Shown here piece by piece: positions 26,300 through 40,502 of a stretch of DNA of 64,000 bases (its first letter is position 1; each line of letters begins with the position of its first letter). The stretch lies in contig NC_057719.1 in the NCBI RefSeq assembly GCF_004010195.1, forward strand, positions 60,313,080 through 60,377,079, in the 5' to 3' direction. The DNA is from Chiloscyllium plagiosum. Lineage: Eukaryota. The notes beneath the pieces were generated by a model that made no database searches, was not told where the DNA came from, and was given only the letters and a program-made list of their open reading frames with translations. The position numbers were made by a program, and so were the translations under genes.

Positions 26300-27275
26300 A
26301 AGAGCATGGCTTGTTTTCACTGGTCAGGACATCCAGTATAAAAGTTGGGGCGTCATGCTGCAGCTGTACAGATCTTTGATGAGGCCTCTTTTGGAATAGT
26401 CACAGACATAGAGTCATACAGTATGGAAACAAACCCTTCAGTCCAACCAGTCCTTACTGACCTTACTGTGTTCAATTCTGATCTTCCTGTTATAGGAAAG
26501 ATGTTATTAAACTTGAAAGAGTTCAGAAAAGATTTGCAAGGATGTTGTCAGGATTGGAGAGTTTGAGCTATAGGGAATGGCTGAATAGGCTGAGAATATT
26601 TTTCCTTGGGGCGTCTGAGGCTAAGGGATGACCTTATAAAGATCTATGAGGGGCATGAGTAGGGTGAATAGTCAAGATCTTTTTCCTATGGTGGAGGAGC
26701 CCGAAACTAATGGACAGAGGTTTAAGGTGAGAGGGAAAAGACTTAAAAAGGATCTGAGGGGTATCCCTTTCATGCAGAGAGTGGTGCATGTATGAAACAA
26801 GATGCCAGAGGAAGTGGTGGAGGAGAATACAATTACAACATTCAAGGGTATAGTGAGGGGTATAGATAGAGTTAATGGTAGTTGTCTTTTCCATAGGATG
26901 TGGTAATTCAAGACCAGGGGTCACATATTAAGATGAGAGGAAAGAGATTTAAAAAAAGACATGAGGGGCAAATTACTTACACGGAGGGTGGTTCATGTGT
27001 GGAATGAACTTCCTGAGGAAGTGGTGGATGTGGGTACAATTACAATATTTAAAAGACATTTGGATAGTAAAGGTGCAGGTAGGTGCGACCAGTTTAGTTT
27101 GGGATTGTATTTGGTATGGATTGGTTGGGCTGAATGGTCTGTTTTCATGTTGTTTGACTCTATGAATAGGAAGGGTTTAGAGGGATATGAGCCAAATGCT
27201 GACAAATGGGACAAGGTCAGCTTGGGATGTCAGGTCACCACAGATGAATTGGACTGAGGGGTCTGTATGACTCAA
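26300..27275 (+). mobile_element. Composite nested CR1 3' fragments
   Basis: RVVHVWNELPEEVVDVGTITIFKRHLD-type segment occurs twice; two CR1 3' tails and a short inverted piece at about 26400-26460. Confidence 0.8.
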
Positions 27276-29903
27276 TGACTGAGTGTAGATCGTTGCCTAC
27301 AGATGTAAAATTTGGCAAAGAATCTTGATGGAGAGATTTAAATATTAAATTTAGGCAATTAATCCACGTTGGTTTCAGTGACTCCATTCCTCTAAGGGGG
27401 TCAATGTGAGCATCATTCCTTTTAAAACTATCCACAGAGAGGTTGGGAGGCAGTCAATATTGACCATGAAACCTCCTTGATGGTGTGGACAGGGTTATTT
27501 CACAAACAGGAGATTGCACCTTTAAATGCTAAGATTTAGACTCCAGCTGTGGTCTAAACCCTAAAACATGAAATTTACATAACAACACTCTCTTTAGATC
27601 TGAATTGCATCAAGACATCACGTCAACTATCCATCTCTGGCCAATTAGCAGAAGATTAATTTTAGCCTATTAATCTTCTTAATCCTCCCTTGGTTTTATT
27701 TCCATTCTTTCAATTTGCATAGTTTTGCTGTCAGTTTCTCACATATGTCAGTGCTTTCATTGCAGTTATGTTCTGTATCAGTATGATCTTCATTATCCTT
27801 TGATTCACACTGAAGATTGAGAGGAATTTTATATTTTAACGTGAACATGAAACAAACAATTTTCAACAGTAATATTTATTGCAAATCATTCCTAATATTG
27901 TAGCATAATGACTCAATGCCATTTAAAATTGTGGGTACTCTTCCAAACAGGATCATTTCTGAGAACCGGCAAGTTTACAGCCACGTACAATGGAATAATT
28001 ATTTTCCCAAAGCTTACTGCATCTAACCTTCCCTTTCACCAAGATGATCATTGCCTTTTAAATAGGTGGATACATTAACATCTGTTTTGTGCATTTGAAT
28101 AGACACATATGTGGTTGCAGCACGCACATGCTGTTTTGAAAATCTAGAAATGGTAGAGAGCCACTAAAAAGAATTTTTGTCTATAACATAAAAGATGCAA
28201 AAATGAAGTCAGTGAATCCTTAACTGAAACAGGAAAAAAAATCCAAACTGAGCCTGACTGCATCTCTTTCAGAAAGCATATACAAAATGTTAGTCTGGTG
28301 TGGAAGAGCATAATTGATCACGTTTGAAACTGTTTATACTTCCTATTGGGGTGTATTTGAATCCTCATATTGACAGATGTTCTATCAACATTTGGTCTGA
28401 GGGAAATATATTAGCTGTGTCTGGACTGCTGGTGGTCTGGCTTTGACTAAAACTGTTCGAACACTTGATTTGCTGGCACATATGCAGCATGTAGCATATA
28501 TCAGCTTTCTATTACATAGGTGGGGTACTTTTAGAGGAAACCAAAAAGAAGCCAGCATTGCCTGATTTCTATTAAGGTCTTGTTAAAACTTCTAATTTCT
28601 TCTCTATCCCAACTCTTCTCCTGGTCTGAAACAAAAATCAGACCTTTGTGTATTATGACTCTTACAACTCCAATATTGATGAGTGGTAAAGAAGTATCTT
28701 TCAAACCTTAATTATGATGCGACTCAAGTTTTATCTCTGCCAGATTTCTTGCATATTTTACTAATTGAATTTTAGTCCTCATGTTAGCTTTCCTACTGTT
28801 CTGGGCAAGTGGCTTTGATATACCTCTGCTCATATGCTACTTCTTCAATTTTTCATTCCTTGCTGTCTTTCCTTGCTCCTAGAAAGATCTCCAAGTCCAA
28901 AGGAAAGCAACTTTTTTATTCATGACCTTAAAATAATTACCTTTCTCCCTGTCAACCACATTTTAAAAGTTGTTTCAATTTGTTATATTCTGATATTCTC
29001 CATCAATTTGATGGCTTTGGAGGATTTTGAGATATCTGTTATGATTTTTTGACATAGCTATTACACTGGTGATTTTGTTGGAATGTTGGAACGCTGTTTT
29101 TGAATACTTGCTGAACAATTGTTGTTAGATTACTCCAAAGCATTTTGAAGTGTTTGGAATATACAGTTCCAAACAATATTAAGTCACAATAACAATGTAG
29201 TACAACAGTAATATTATAACAAATTATAATATCACTTTCTATTGCTCCATCTATGACTAAAGGCTTCCTCTCAAAATCTTTTAGATTTGTTGCAAATGAT
29301 ATCGTAACTTCAATTTTTATATTCGTTCAAGAGTTCCCTAGGGCTCTGAATCTTTCTCCCATTTTGTTTCTTTTAAATTTCATTTACTTTAAATTCACTT
29401 TTGCATCCATTTTTGTTTAGAATTCCACTGTGTATTAATTAAACTCCACCGGAATGCATTTCTTCGGCATTGACAATCCTTCCCCCTCTTGCAATTCAAT
29501 AACTAAATTACTAATTAATTTCTTGCCTTTTAGTAGCCACAATCTTGGCTGAGAAGTTGGATGTATAGTCACAGCAGGCAACAGTTGGTGGGGCACTTGA
29601 AACTATGCAATGATCCATGCTAGCAAGGGCTCTGTGTCAAATCCACCACAATAGGAGCTTCCAAACAATTGTCATACTGGACTTGAAATATTAACTCTTT
29701 TTCTCTTTGCACAGATGCTGTCAGACCTGCTGAGTTTCTCCATGACTTTCTGTTTTTATTTTGGTGTGTAGTAAAGCTGGTGTGTAGATAAAGCAACCTG
29801 GCATGTAAAGCATATGCAATTCAATTTTGATAAACTTCTACTGTATGTTATGCCTCAAAAATGCAAAACAAGCTTATAATTCTTCTCATTGCTTTTCCAC
29901 ATA

Positions 29904-30122
29904 CAGGTATCCCCTGCTGTTCAAACATTCGCTTTACGCAATGTTGCTTTTACAAAAGAGCTACATTAGTTCTTGTTTTCACGAATCCAAAGAGGATTTT
30001 TGTTTTTACAAAAAATGGCGATACTTTTTCCCATATAAATCATGCACCTTCACTTTATGCCATTTTCAGCTTGCGAAAGGCTACCTGGGAATGCTCTACC
30101 TTCGGATAGCGGGGGCTACCTG
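29904..30122. mobile_element. Tc1/mariner (Tigger-like) MITE
   Basis: Terminal inverted repeats CAGGTATCCCCTGCTGTTCAAA and (reverse complement) CAGGTAGCCCCCGCTATCCGAA, 17/22 identical; TA on the left flank, CA on the right. Confidence 0.75.
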
Positions 30123-30989
30123 CAAATAGATTTGTCACATCTCTTGCAAGGTAAATGACCTCTTAGTTTTGAAGGTTCATCTTTGGTCTTACTTCACCTA
30201 TTAACATCTTGACCACACTTTCTTTCATGAACTCATGCATAATTCCTACAGTTACCTTAATGATAAACCTTGCTCAAAAATATCCACATTCCACTTTTGT
30301 GTCAATCATGTAATCTGACACCAACAATTATGTTTTTAATGAAGTCCAAATTCTTCCAAGCCTTTACTACTTTTCTCAGAGTTAAAATACAGGTCCAGAT
30401 TTTCTCTTGCATTTCGACACAATATACAAACAAGATTTCAATATTTTAAACAACACATTTAATTTTCATGATATTTACCCTAATGGAACAATTTTCTTTC
30501 TCAATATTATTTTATTGCGTGTTCCTGTTATTATGAAGGTGTTTCCATTGTTAATATTTTTTGAGAACTCATCTAAAGAATTTTGAAAATTGGTTTATTT
30601 GGAATACAAAGAGATTCTTGGATTTTATTTTTGGAAAGGTTACTAAACTGTGGGACATTTTATTTAAACAAAGAACGCTTATTGGAAGTCACACACATGA
30701 GGTTAATGCTGTCAGAAATAGTTTGGAGATGAGGTATGGTGTTGTCTGTGACAAGTTAAGAATCCCTCACTCAGTCTTTGCACCTTTCAGAGAAATTCTC
30801 TTGAGGATCCTCTGTGAAAGCAGAATGCCTGAATGAGCTATTCTCCCTGAAAGGCATCTAGAAGATCTCTTCTCAACATGCCCTAATCTGATGAGATACC
30901 AGATTATAACACATGAGTCAAATGACAACCATCAAAGGGTGCAAGGATGCCATCCTGAAAGCCATTTGACCATTATGTATCATTTGAAA

Positions 30990-31328
30990 AATTTTGTTCA
31001 TGGGATGTGGACATCGCTGGCTATTGCCTGTTCTTGATTACGGAGAAAGCAGTTAAGAGGCAATCACATTACTGTGGGTCTGGAGTCACATGTAAGCTGG
31101 ACCAAATAATGATGGCAGATTTCCCTTCCTAGTGAACCACATGGACTTTACAACAGTTGACAACGGTTACATAGCTCCAATTAGAATAGACATGAATCCA
31201 GATTTTTTTTCAATGAATTCAAATTTCAATACCTGACATGGTTGGAATTCAAGCCCATGAGACCAAAGCATTAAGCTAGGATTCTGGATTATTTATCTTG
31301 TGACATTACCAAGAGGCTACTGCCTCCT
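30990..31328 (-). mobile_element. SacSINE1/Deu-domain-like tRNA-derived SINE
   Basis: Minus strand GGAGGCAGTAGCCTCTTGGTAATGTCAC head, ATTTGAATTCA and CTTACATGTGACTCCAGACCCACAG core; homologous to 48170-48480. Confidence 0.6.
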
Positions 31329-32239
31329 TCATTTGTTCTCAGAAATTTAACCAGCATTTGGCTAAAGTGGTTTGTTCGTCCCAAAGTTATTCTCTTTGGC
31401 AAAGGTTTATTTACAAAGTCATTGATTCACAGCACTGAAGAGATCCTTTTGCCAATTGAGTTCTTGCTGATTTAACTGCACTAATTCCTCTTTCCAGCAC
31501 TTGGCCCAAAGCCTTGAATGTAACAACATTTCAAGAGCTCATCCAAGTATTTTTTTAAAGGTAATAAAGTTTCCCTCCTCAAGTACCATCCCAGGCAGTG
31601 CAGTCCAGATTCCTACCAACCTTGGAAGAAAAAGCAAATCTCTCTAAATCTCCTGCTGTTCACCTTAAAATTATGCCCCCAATTAATGGCAGCTACTTCC
31701 TATCCACTCTGTCCATGCCCACAAAATCTTATACACATCAGATTCCCCTATCAGCATTTTCTGCTCTACTGAGCCTATCCAGTCTCTTTTTGTAGCTAAA
31801 ATGCTCTATCTCATGCAACATCTTGGTGAATATCCTTTGCATCCCTCCAATACATCCACATCCTTCCAATAGTGAGGTGACCAGAACTGCATACAATACT
31901 CCAGCTGTGACCTAATCCAAGTTTTCTACAGCTCCAACATAACCTTCCTGCCCTATAATCTGTGCTGCAACTGATAAAAGCAAGTGTCCCACATTCCTTT
32001 TTAAATACCCTCTTAACTTGTCCTGCTGCCTTCAGGGACATGTGGATAAGTATAGATCCCTCTGACCCCCTGAGCTTCCTGATGTCCTGCCATTCCTTGA
32101 GTACTCCCTTGCCTTGTTACTTCTTCCAAAGCACATCACCTCATACTTTAAGGTTAAATTCCATCTGCCACTGATCTGCCCATCTCACTGACCCATCTAA
32201 ATTCTCCTGTAACCCAAGAGCTTCTTCCTCACTATTAAC

Positions 32240-33510
32240 TGTTGTGAGATATTGTGTTATAAGTCTCTTTACTAACCCACCCACAAGTGCCCTATATTTA
32301 ATAATGCCGTGTTCCCATTTCATTCATAACTCTTTACTATAACATATTTTCATTCATTCATTCATAAAATCATGGTTCTGTAGTGCATTTTGCTATTGCA
32401 ATATAAACTAAATTAAAACATCCCTTCCAGTCTATTACTATTACCTCACACATTCAACCCTCAGCAGACCTATTTACATCAAAAGCAATCTCTGAATAAA
32501 TATAATCTACTCAGAAACAATACCCTCATCATCATGTCTCCACAACTCAGCTGAAACTTTGGTAATATTTTAGTATTAATCAGCCTATACCAACCATGTC
32601 TCAGAACCTGAATAGACTGCAGAACATCGAACATATTAAACAGGCCTGTTAAACACACTATCAAAACAGCACCTCTGTGAAACTGCATAAATGAATGAAA
32701 CTCACATCCACAAATAGTAAACAATATCTCATGACCCAGCTGCGGTAATCAGTTTAATATCCTTTATTCTTTTATTAAGTACATGTATAATTTCTAACTT
32801 ATTTAAAGTATGTAGGCCTAGTACTTTTATTAACATTTATTAACCGAAAAGACAAAATGATTAACACCTCTTAATTATGCAAGTGGACTGGATAGAAAAT
32901 TTTAATCCTATCAGAAGTAGCAGCCAGCACTTAGCAAGTGTTTAAACCATGTCCTGCTTCCCCAGGACAGAGTAACCCAAACCTTTGTGTATAATAGATG
33001 AAATGACGTAACACCATAATGACAGAATTTTCATGTATATAAGAATGGTGTATAAAGAGGCTACTGTAAGAACTGTGCTTTGGGATTCCACCGCCGCTTC
33101 AAACTATGCTGCTGCGTTTGCTGAATAACAAGGCTATTTTCGCCATTCACCAATTTCGGTAGTTAGATTAGATTTAGATTAGATTACTTACAGTGTGGAA
33201 ACAGGCCCTTCGGCACAACAAATCCACACCGACCTGCTGAAGCGCAACCCACCCAGACCCATTCCCCTACATTTACCCTTCACCCAATACTACAGGCAAT
33301 TTAGCATGGTCAATTTACCTAACCTGCACATTTTTGGACTGTGGGAGGAAATCGGAGCACCCAGAGGAAACCCACGCAGACACGGGAAGAATGTGCAAAC
33401 TCCACACAGACTGTCACCCGAGGTGGGAAATTGAACCCGGGTCGCTGACGCTGTGAGGCAGCAGTGCTAACCACTGTGCCACCATGCCGCCCACTCTATT
33501 TGAGCACAAT
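32240..33510 (+). mobile_element. Possible solo LTR carrying a nested SINE
   Basis: Starts TGTTGTG, ends CACAAT; TATA-like TATAAAG near 33051 and AATAAC near 33124; interrupts a CR1 copy. Confidence 0.35.
33163..33492 (-). mobile_element. HE1-type V-SINE
   Basis: Close match to 1942-2258. Confidence 0.9.
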
Positions 33511-33959
33511 CCCACACTCTGCAGCCAATTTTATAATATTCACAAACCTCCTTACCATTCCCACACCATTCTCATCTATATTGTTTATATACGTCATAAA
33601 CAATCAGGGACCCAGCACCAACCCCTGTGGTGCACCATTGGACACAGTCTCCAGTCACACAAATAGCTTTCTACTAACACTCTGTTTCCTACCACTACAC
33701 CAGTTTTAGATTCATCGTGCTTGTAGATTCTTTTTCATCAATTTTTCATGTGGGACCTTAGCAAAGGCTTTTCTGAAATCCATATACACTACATCAACTG
33801 CACTACCTTCTGTAATTCTGATAAGGTACTTATGGACTCCTCATAGACTTGCAACAATGAGTATATTGCAATAGATTGCAGACATTGACCAAATATCATC
33901 AATAGATATTAAGAGATAAGATAATATTTAAATTCCTACAGTGAGATATGGAGAAATCC

Positions 33960-34225
33960 TTAAGACCCAAGCATGTATAAGGTGATATTGTTACTGGTCA
34001 TGACTTCACAAACAATTAAGGAGCTTTGTCAAACATGCCATATGTGTCAGATTATGGGAAAACCACAACCTACAATGAAACCAGCCCTTCTAATACTTAT
34101 GCCAGTTTTTGGGAGAATCATTTATTGGAATATTGGTTGACTGTGTAGAACTTTTGCTTGAAGAACAAGTCATTAGTATATCCTTACTTTTATGGATATG
34201 TAATTAGGACTCCAGAGACCATTTG
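33960..34225 (+). mobile_element. Isolated Gmr1-like integrase fragment
   Basis: CQTCHMCQIMGKPQPTMKPALLILMP...ILVDCV, homologous to CHMCHICQMVGKPQVIIKPAPLLPIP near 43185. Confidence 0.7.
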
Positions 34226-36169
34226 GAACATTTCATATCCTATCCTTTCATTATCTGAGAAATAAATTTTGGCCACAGTAGGCTCTTATTTCCCCAAAGT
34301 CAATTTTTGCAGACAAAGTTACTTTATTTTTCTTTAATTGTACGTCTGGATGCTGGCCTCTTCAGAAGAGTGAATATTTATACTTTTACATTTGGAACGG
34401 TGTGTTGTCAGCCTTGCATCCTTGTCAAGTAAATCTTGTTTCGATAATAAATCAACAACTTTTTTGTTTATGAGAGAAACCTGGTAGATGAATCTTTTTA
34501 TTCTGACCCTGATATTATTAAAGTATGTAACTGAATATCTCAGTAAATGTGTAAAACATTTTCAATATATGTTGTGACCAGTCGAGTAGTGCGAATGTAG
34601 AGATATAGTGCACTCATCTAACCTCGGTCATAACACTGTGAACTTTAATCTTGCATCTTCTAAGCACCATTTTACATGCTGACCCTCCTTTCCACATTCC
34701 CACTGTAATAAAATCATGATATATTACATGATGCTCTACAGAATGAACAGCTTTCTGATTACTTCCCTCTTTATACTGGGCTGTTTAACACTCCAGCTTC
34801 CATACTTGATCTCTACTATGATATTGTCTCCTCTTCGTATTTACAGTTGAGCAACCAATATAAGAATGATTTACCAAACATTTTTGGATGAGTCACCACT
34901 AGAAAAGTCACAAAAATGTTGGAAGGCAGATTATGATGGAAGTTAACACTGCCCTATCTGAAAGTGCCACCTCACATACTCTTCAAGTTAATGGAAATCC
35001 ACCTCACATAGTACAGGACAAGTTTGTTGCCTGGAGAGAAAATGGCCATAATTAGTATCTCTTACACAAAACTTTGCTGGAAGTGCTAACTTGGCTGCAA
35101 AAATGTAGTTGATTCCTTCATTTCTCCAGAATGGTGAGCTCAGTTTGAACAGGCAGTTTGCTAACAAAATGATACGGATGTCTGCCATAAGCTACATCAA
35201 CTGCAAGTGTGCAATTTTACCATTTACTGCTACAAATTACATTGAGATGGAACATCCATAAAGTGGTAACTAGGAAGACCACTTGTTCTATTTAAATTCT
35301 TCCAATCTAAGATATCCTAATATCCTCATACCGTTGCCTCCATCCAAGAATGTCGAGGCATTTGCATGTATTACTCCATCTGGAAAAGAGTTCCAAACAT
35401 TCACCAATTATTTTGATAGTAGAATTTCCTGGTAGTAGTCCTATAATTACTTCCTTAGCTAATACCACACCATTCCCTCAACTCCACTGTTTGACTGGTA
35501 AAATGAAAGAAACTACAGAGTACCTGTATACAAATCTATGTCCTCATATACCCTCCCAACATTATGTCTATACTGCTCTGTAAAACAAATCTATTTCATT
35601 CCAAAGCTATTATTCTTACAATCCAAGGGTGTATTTGTAAATCTTATTTTGTCTTCTGGCTGTGAATATTCTAACTTATCCATCCATGCCAAATACTTTC
35701 CAATTTCAACGTCATTCTTTAGAATAACGGCAACTCAAAATGACATGCCTCTTCCAGTCATCTTAACATCATCAGACATTCTGGTACCGATACCCTTGTT
35801 TTCAAACAGCCAAGTAAAACTGATAGCACCTCAGAATTAGAGGAGGTTTGGGACCATATTATACCTGAACTAAATCCATCAACTCAAAAGGTTTTAATAT
35901 CTGGTGTCTCAGGAAAAGTTAAGCTCCTAATAACTGAAAATGCTACTAGTCTGCAAGCAGTCAGGAGAATTACTCATTGCTTTTTATCCGTTGCAATGTC
36001 ATTTGTCTGGAAAAATCAGGCATTCTTTCCACATACTAGGCCTAATCATTGATGGCAAGATCAAATGAGTCAAGCTTCCCAAATAACAGCATGATGCCAG
36101 AAATGTTTACCCCAACTCAAAAAATCACTGTTGTGAGCGAAATGTTTTCATGCACATTTTGTTCTCTCT

Positions 36170-36399
36170 TGTTGCCATTGAAATAGCTACACGGAAGTCA
36201 GTATCCCAGCATAAAGTCACCCTTTTATTTACATGTGCACATTTACATGGGCTCTGACCAGTCAGCTCAAAACCAGTCCCAAGACTGAGGAGACTGTCTC
36301 AATCTCATGTTTATATGTATCAGCCAGGGTTCCCTGATTGGCCCAATCAAGGATCTCATACTCAATGAGACCAACCTGGCCCTGGTCCTAATCACTACA
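36170..36399 (-). mobile_element. Short solo LTR, same family as 21597-21838
   Basis: TGTTG...ATCACTACA termini; shared GAAATA.CT.CAC.G, TCACCCT and CTGATTGG...CCAATCA blocks. Confidence 0.55.
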
Positions 36400-37264
36400 C
36401 ATGGCTTCATTGATTGTTTTGCTACAGGTGGTGGGCCTATGGTGCCCCATAGAATTCAGCTTGGGTTTTGCATGGAAAAACTGCTTTTATCACTTACTGT
36501 ATGGCAAGGACAGAGAATCATTATTTGGTAGCATGGTCCCTAAATGTTGCTCCTTGTGAGATTTCAAACAGTGAAATATACATAGAATTTATAGTTGCTT
36601 TGGGATATAAAAGATGTGCATGCTACAAAATTAAATGCTGTATAGCTATGAAAACTGTGAAAAAGAATAGTTGCCTTTGTGTTTCCCTTGCCAACTTGAG
36701 AATCCATGGTAAGAAAAATATTTAATAACTTTTTGTGCTTTGCCCCATAACTTTAATATATCTAGATATGTCTGAAATATGATATATAAGGTACAGACTT
36801 CAATGAAATGTCATTAAAGTAGTCTCAGTTTCTGTTATTCCTGTAGGTGCCAAGGCAATAAGGATTGTCAATGTTGAAGATGTCACATTGTGTGACACAA
36901 AATAGCAGATATTTCATAGTAATAGATTTCTCAAACAGGCCATGAGGGTGTGATAAATTGCTGAAATTGCTTTCTTAAACTTTATTCAGGCAGAAATCTT
37001 TTCTCAGTAACAGAATTTTCCAAAGTGAAAATAAGGGTTTAAACAAAATGTTTAGAAGTCATATTTCATAAAAAAAAACATGATTGCATTTATCCACTGA
37101 ATTGTATTTTACAACTTTCAATATCTTCACTCAAAATTTGATTGTCTCAGCCTCTCTCAAAAGCTTAAGATTGGAGTTAATGTTTTTGTTCAGCCCTGTG
37201 ACTCTGTTAGCTAAATCTGGATTCTGCATTTTCAAACACTGCTAATATGCTTCATTTACCAGGA

Positions 37265-38960
37265 TAGAAAGAAAGGATCCTGGAAGAATACAGCAAGCCA
37301 GGCAGCATCAGGAGGTGGAGAAATCATCGTTTTGGGTCTAACCCTTCTGGGGGATTGGGGTGGGGGTGAGGGGAGCTGCAGATAAAGGGGGAAGAGGGGT
37401 GGAGTGGTGAGGTAGTGAAAGTAAACACAGATAGAAGGTACAGCCTAGTTGGTTGATAGGAGGAATGAGATGGAAATGTGTTGCTGGAAAAGCGCAGCAG
37501 GTCAGGCAGCATCTAGGGAACAGGAGATTCGACGTTTCGGGCATTAGCCCTTCTTCAGGCTGGGGGTGCAGTGAGAGAGGGACTCACTGAAACCTTTGTA
37601 GAGGGAGAAAGAGAACTTCTTCAAGGAAGGCATCCTTGTAAGAGGATTCGCAGTAGGTTGAAATCTTTGAGGAGAAAGTGAGGTCTGCAGATGCTGGAGA
37701 TCAGAGATGGAAATGTGTTGCTGGAAAAGCGCAGCAGGTCAGGCAGCATCTAGGGAACAGGAGAATCGACGTTTCGGGCATTAGCCCTTCTTCAGGCCGG
37801 GGGATGGGGATGGAGGAATGAATCCAGTTGGAGGCTGGAAAAAAGTGTCGGTACGTGGAATGGAAGGGAGAAGGAAGAGCAGGAAAGGGCTTCGGGGTGG
37901 GAAGGGAAGTTACTTGAAATTGGAGAATTCGATGTTGAGTCCTCCAGGTTTTAGGTTGCTGAGGCTGACAATGAGATGTTGTTCCTCCAATTTGCGGTCT
38001 GATTCACTGTGGCGATGTAGGAGTTTGAGAATCGTTATGTCGGAAAGGGAATGGGAAGGGGAATTGAAATGGGCAGTGACCGGGAGGTCAGGTCCAGCGG
38101 GTCCAGCTGAGATGCCAGGCGAAAGGTGTCTTTAGTTTATATTTAGTCTCACCAAATAGAGAAGATCACATTGGGAGCAATGGAGACAGTAAAGTAGGTT
38201 GGAGGAGAGGCAGGTGAACCTCTATGTTACCTGGAAAAAATTGTTTGGGGCCCTGGATGGAGGTGAGAGGAGTGGTGTGCCAGCAGGTTTTGCATCTTTT
38301 ATGGTTGCAGGAGAAGGTATCCGAGGGTTCAGGTGGGTTGGTGGAGAGAGTGATGCAAACCAAGGAGTGACGCAGGAACAATCCTTGTGGAAGACAGCGA
38401 AGGATGGGGAAGGGAAGATGTTCTTGTTGATGGGGTCTGATTGGAGTTGGCAGAAGTGTTTAAGGATGATGTTGGATGCAGAGACTGTATGGGCAGAAGG
38501 TGAGGGGGGACCCTTGCTGTATTACATTTGGAGAGGGGTTTAGAGCAGTGGAGCAGGGAATGGAAGAGGTCCAGTGGAGGGCTGTCTGGATGACAGAGGG
38601 GGAAAAGCACATTACTCAAAATAGGTGGACATCTGGGATGTCTTGGAGTGGAATGTCTCCTCTTCTGAGCAAATGCGATGGAGATGGAGGAATTGTGAAA
38701 ACAGGATGGAGTTCTTGCAGGATACTGGGTGGGAGGAGGCGTAGCCCAGGTAATTATGGAAGTCTGTGGGTTTAAAGTAATCGTCTGTCCATAGATCATC
38801 ACCAGAGATGGAAACGAAGAGGTCAAGAAGGGGAAGGGAGCTGCCCATCATAGACCATGCAAATTTAAGGTCGGGTTGAAAGTCGTTGGTGAGGTCAATA
38901 AACTGCTCCATTCAGCCTGCGTGCAGGATAAGCACTGACACAATCATTGATATTCCAACG
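37265..38960 (-). mobile_element. PLE fragment (RT C-terminus, GIY-YIG, pLTR) with nested younger element
   Basis: ORF 38612-38911 QFIDLTNDFQPDLKFAWS...LPLLDL...KPTDFHNYLGYASSHP...FSQFLHLHRICS; GIY-YIG remnants at 37920-38310. Confidence 0.85.
37469..37811 (-). mobile_element. Nested PLE-derived partial tandem with two hammerhead cores
   Basis: About 100-bp direct repeat at 37467-37566 and 37704-37803; GGAGGAATGA at 37459-37468 and 37812-37821. Confidence 0.8.
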
Positions 38961-39039
38961 GAAGAGTTGGGGAACAGTGCCAACAACTTCCACCCAGCCC
39001 TTAAATTCATGTGCCTCTCATCCCTTTCTTGACCTCTTT

Positions 39040-39925
39040 GTTCCCACTAATCTTAACCACATCGTATGCTTTACTTTTGCTTTTACGTTGTCCCTGATTT
39101 TCCTTGTCAGTCATGGTTGTATCTTATTCCCCTAAGTATGTTTCTTCTTCCCAGGGATGAATTTCTACTGTGCATCCCAAATTAACCCCAGAAACCCCTG
39201 TCATTGCCGCTCCTCCATGTTCCCTTCTCGGCTCCTCTTCTGATCAACTCTGGCCAGCTCCTCCCTCATGTCTTTGTAATTACCTTTACTCATTATAATA
39301 ATGTTGTGTATGATTCAAGCTTCTCCCTCTCAAATGTCAGAGGTCAGGGGGGTGGATTTCTATCATATATTATGGTCACAGCCTCCAAGGGCTTTCTTCA
39401 CCTTAGCTTCCCAAATTAAATCTGCTCATTACACACCATCAAATCCAGAATTGCCTATTTCCTACTCGCCTCCATCACAAGCTGCTCCAAAAAATATCTC
39501 ATAGACATTCCATCAATGCTATTTCCTGGGATCCACTACTAACCTGATTTTCCCAGTCCACCTGTACATTGAAGTCTCTCTTGGTTTTTGTAATTGTGCC
39601 TTTCTTACATGCCTTTTCTATCTCCTGATTAATTATCTACCCACATCCTGACTACTGACCTCGTCAGGGTCTTTTATCCTTTGCAGTTCTTCAACACTAC
39701 TCACACAGATTCTATGCCTTCCGATCATACGTTGCTTCTTGCTATTGATTTAATTTTGTTTCTCCCAAACAAGATAACCCCGCACTCTCTGGCATTGACC
39801 TATCGAAAGGACAGGAAGTGTATTCTTGGATATTTATCTCCCACACTGATCTAATTGCAGTCACATCTCAGTGATGCCCACAAAGTTAATTTCAATTTCC
39901 ACTATGAGCTCATTCATTGATGTAG
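39040..39925 (-). mobile_element. Old CR1 ORF2 endonuclease-region fragment
   Basis: Minus-strand remnants such as GITEM, RDFNVQVDWENQVS and DSSLNHT-like segments resemble CR1 ORF2. Confidence 0.55.
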
Positions 39926-40502
39926 TTACTATGAACCACATTGGGATCACCAGCTGCCACATCATGCAGCCCTACATCTTTGCTTTATTTCTTTGGTTGT
40001 TAATTTATTTTCCTAAATATTTATTTCTGGTCTTTTAGGTTGTAATCTGTAAATATTTCTCCTATTTAACTTCAATCTGAAAGTAATATATAACAGAGAG
40101 TCAAATTAGCAGCTAATATCAGCCAACAAACAACCCATGTATATCTTCCCATAATCGAGGGTATCCTCCTCACTATGTACTCCCCCGCCGATTTTTGTGA
40201 CACCTTAGCAGTTACTCAAGTCTACTCACACAGATCCATCCATATATTACATCACACTCCACATTTTAATTTATGCCCTCATCTTCTCTGACTTGTTTGT
40301 CAGAATCGTTTCATTAAAATAACTACCATTCAACCTTCCCAAACTCTCTTGTGAATTAACTGGCCTATACTTTCTAGGCCTTCCCAACTCCCTTGCTTGT
40401 TCCTCCTAAATATGGCTGTGCATCTCTACCTGATACATGTTCTCTCGAACCTACCTCTCTACCAAGTTAGTTTATCACTTCTCAACAGCACAAGGAAACC
40501 TC

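Larger units (their letters stand above)
31425..33812 (-). mobile_element. CR1 LINE RT/3' fragment split by a roughly 1.25-kb insertion (32240-33510)
   Basis: LQENLDGSVRWADQWQMEFN ends at 32240; upstream RT motifs (GAPQGLVLGP, VDVVYMDFRKAF) resume after about 33515. Confidence 0.7.

Noticed and set aside
30526..30960. Possible additional solo LTR starting TGTTATTATGAAGGTGT
   Set aside because: No partner, terminus or TSD could be identified by eye
36847..36905. Good + strand acceptor followed by GAKAIRIVNVEDVTLCDTK*
   Set aside because: Short, no recognisable homology and no linked upstream exon
37467..37803. Direct repeats with a spacer, superficially CRISPR-like
   Set aside because: Only two units of about 100 bp matching PLE termini, vertebrate context, no cas genes
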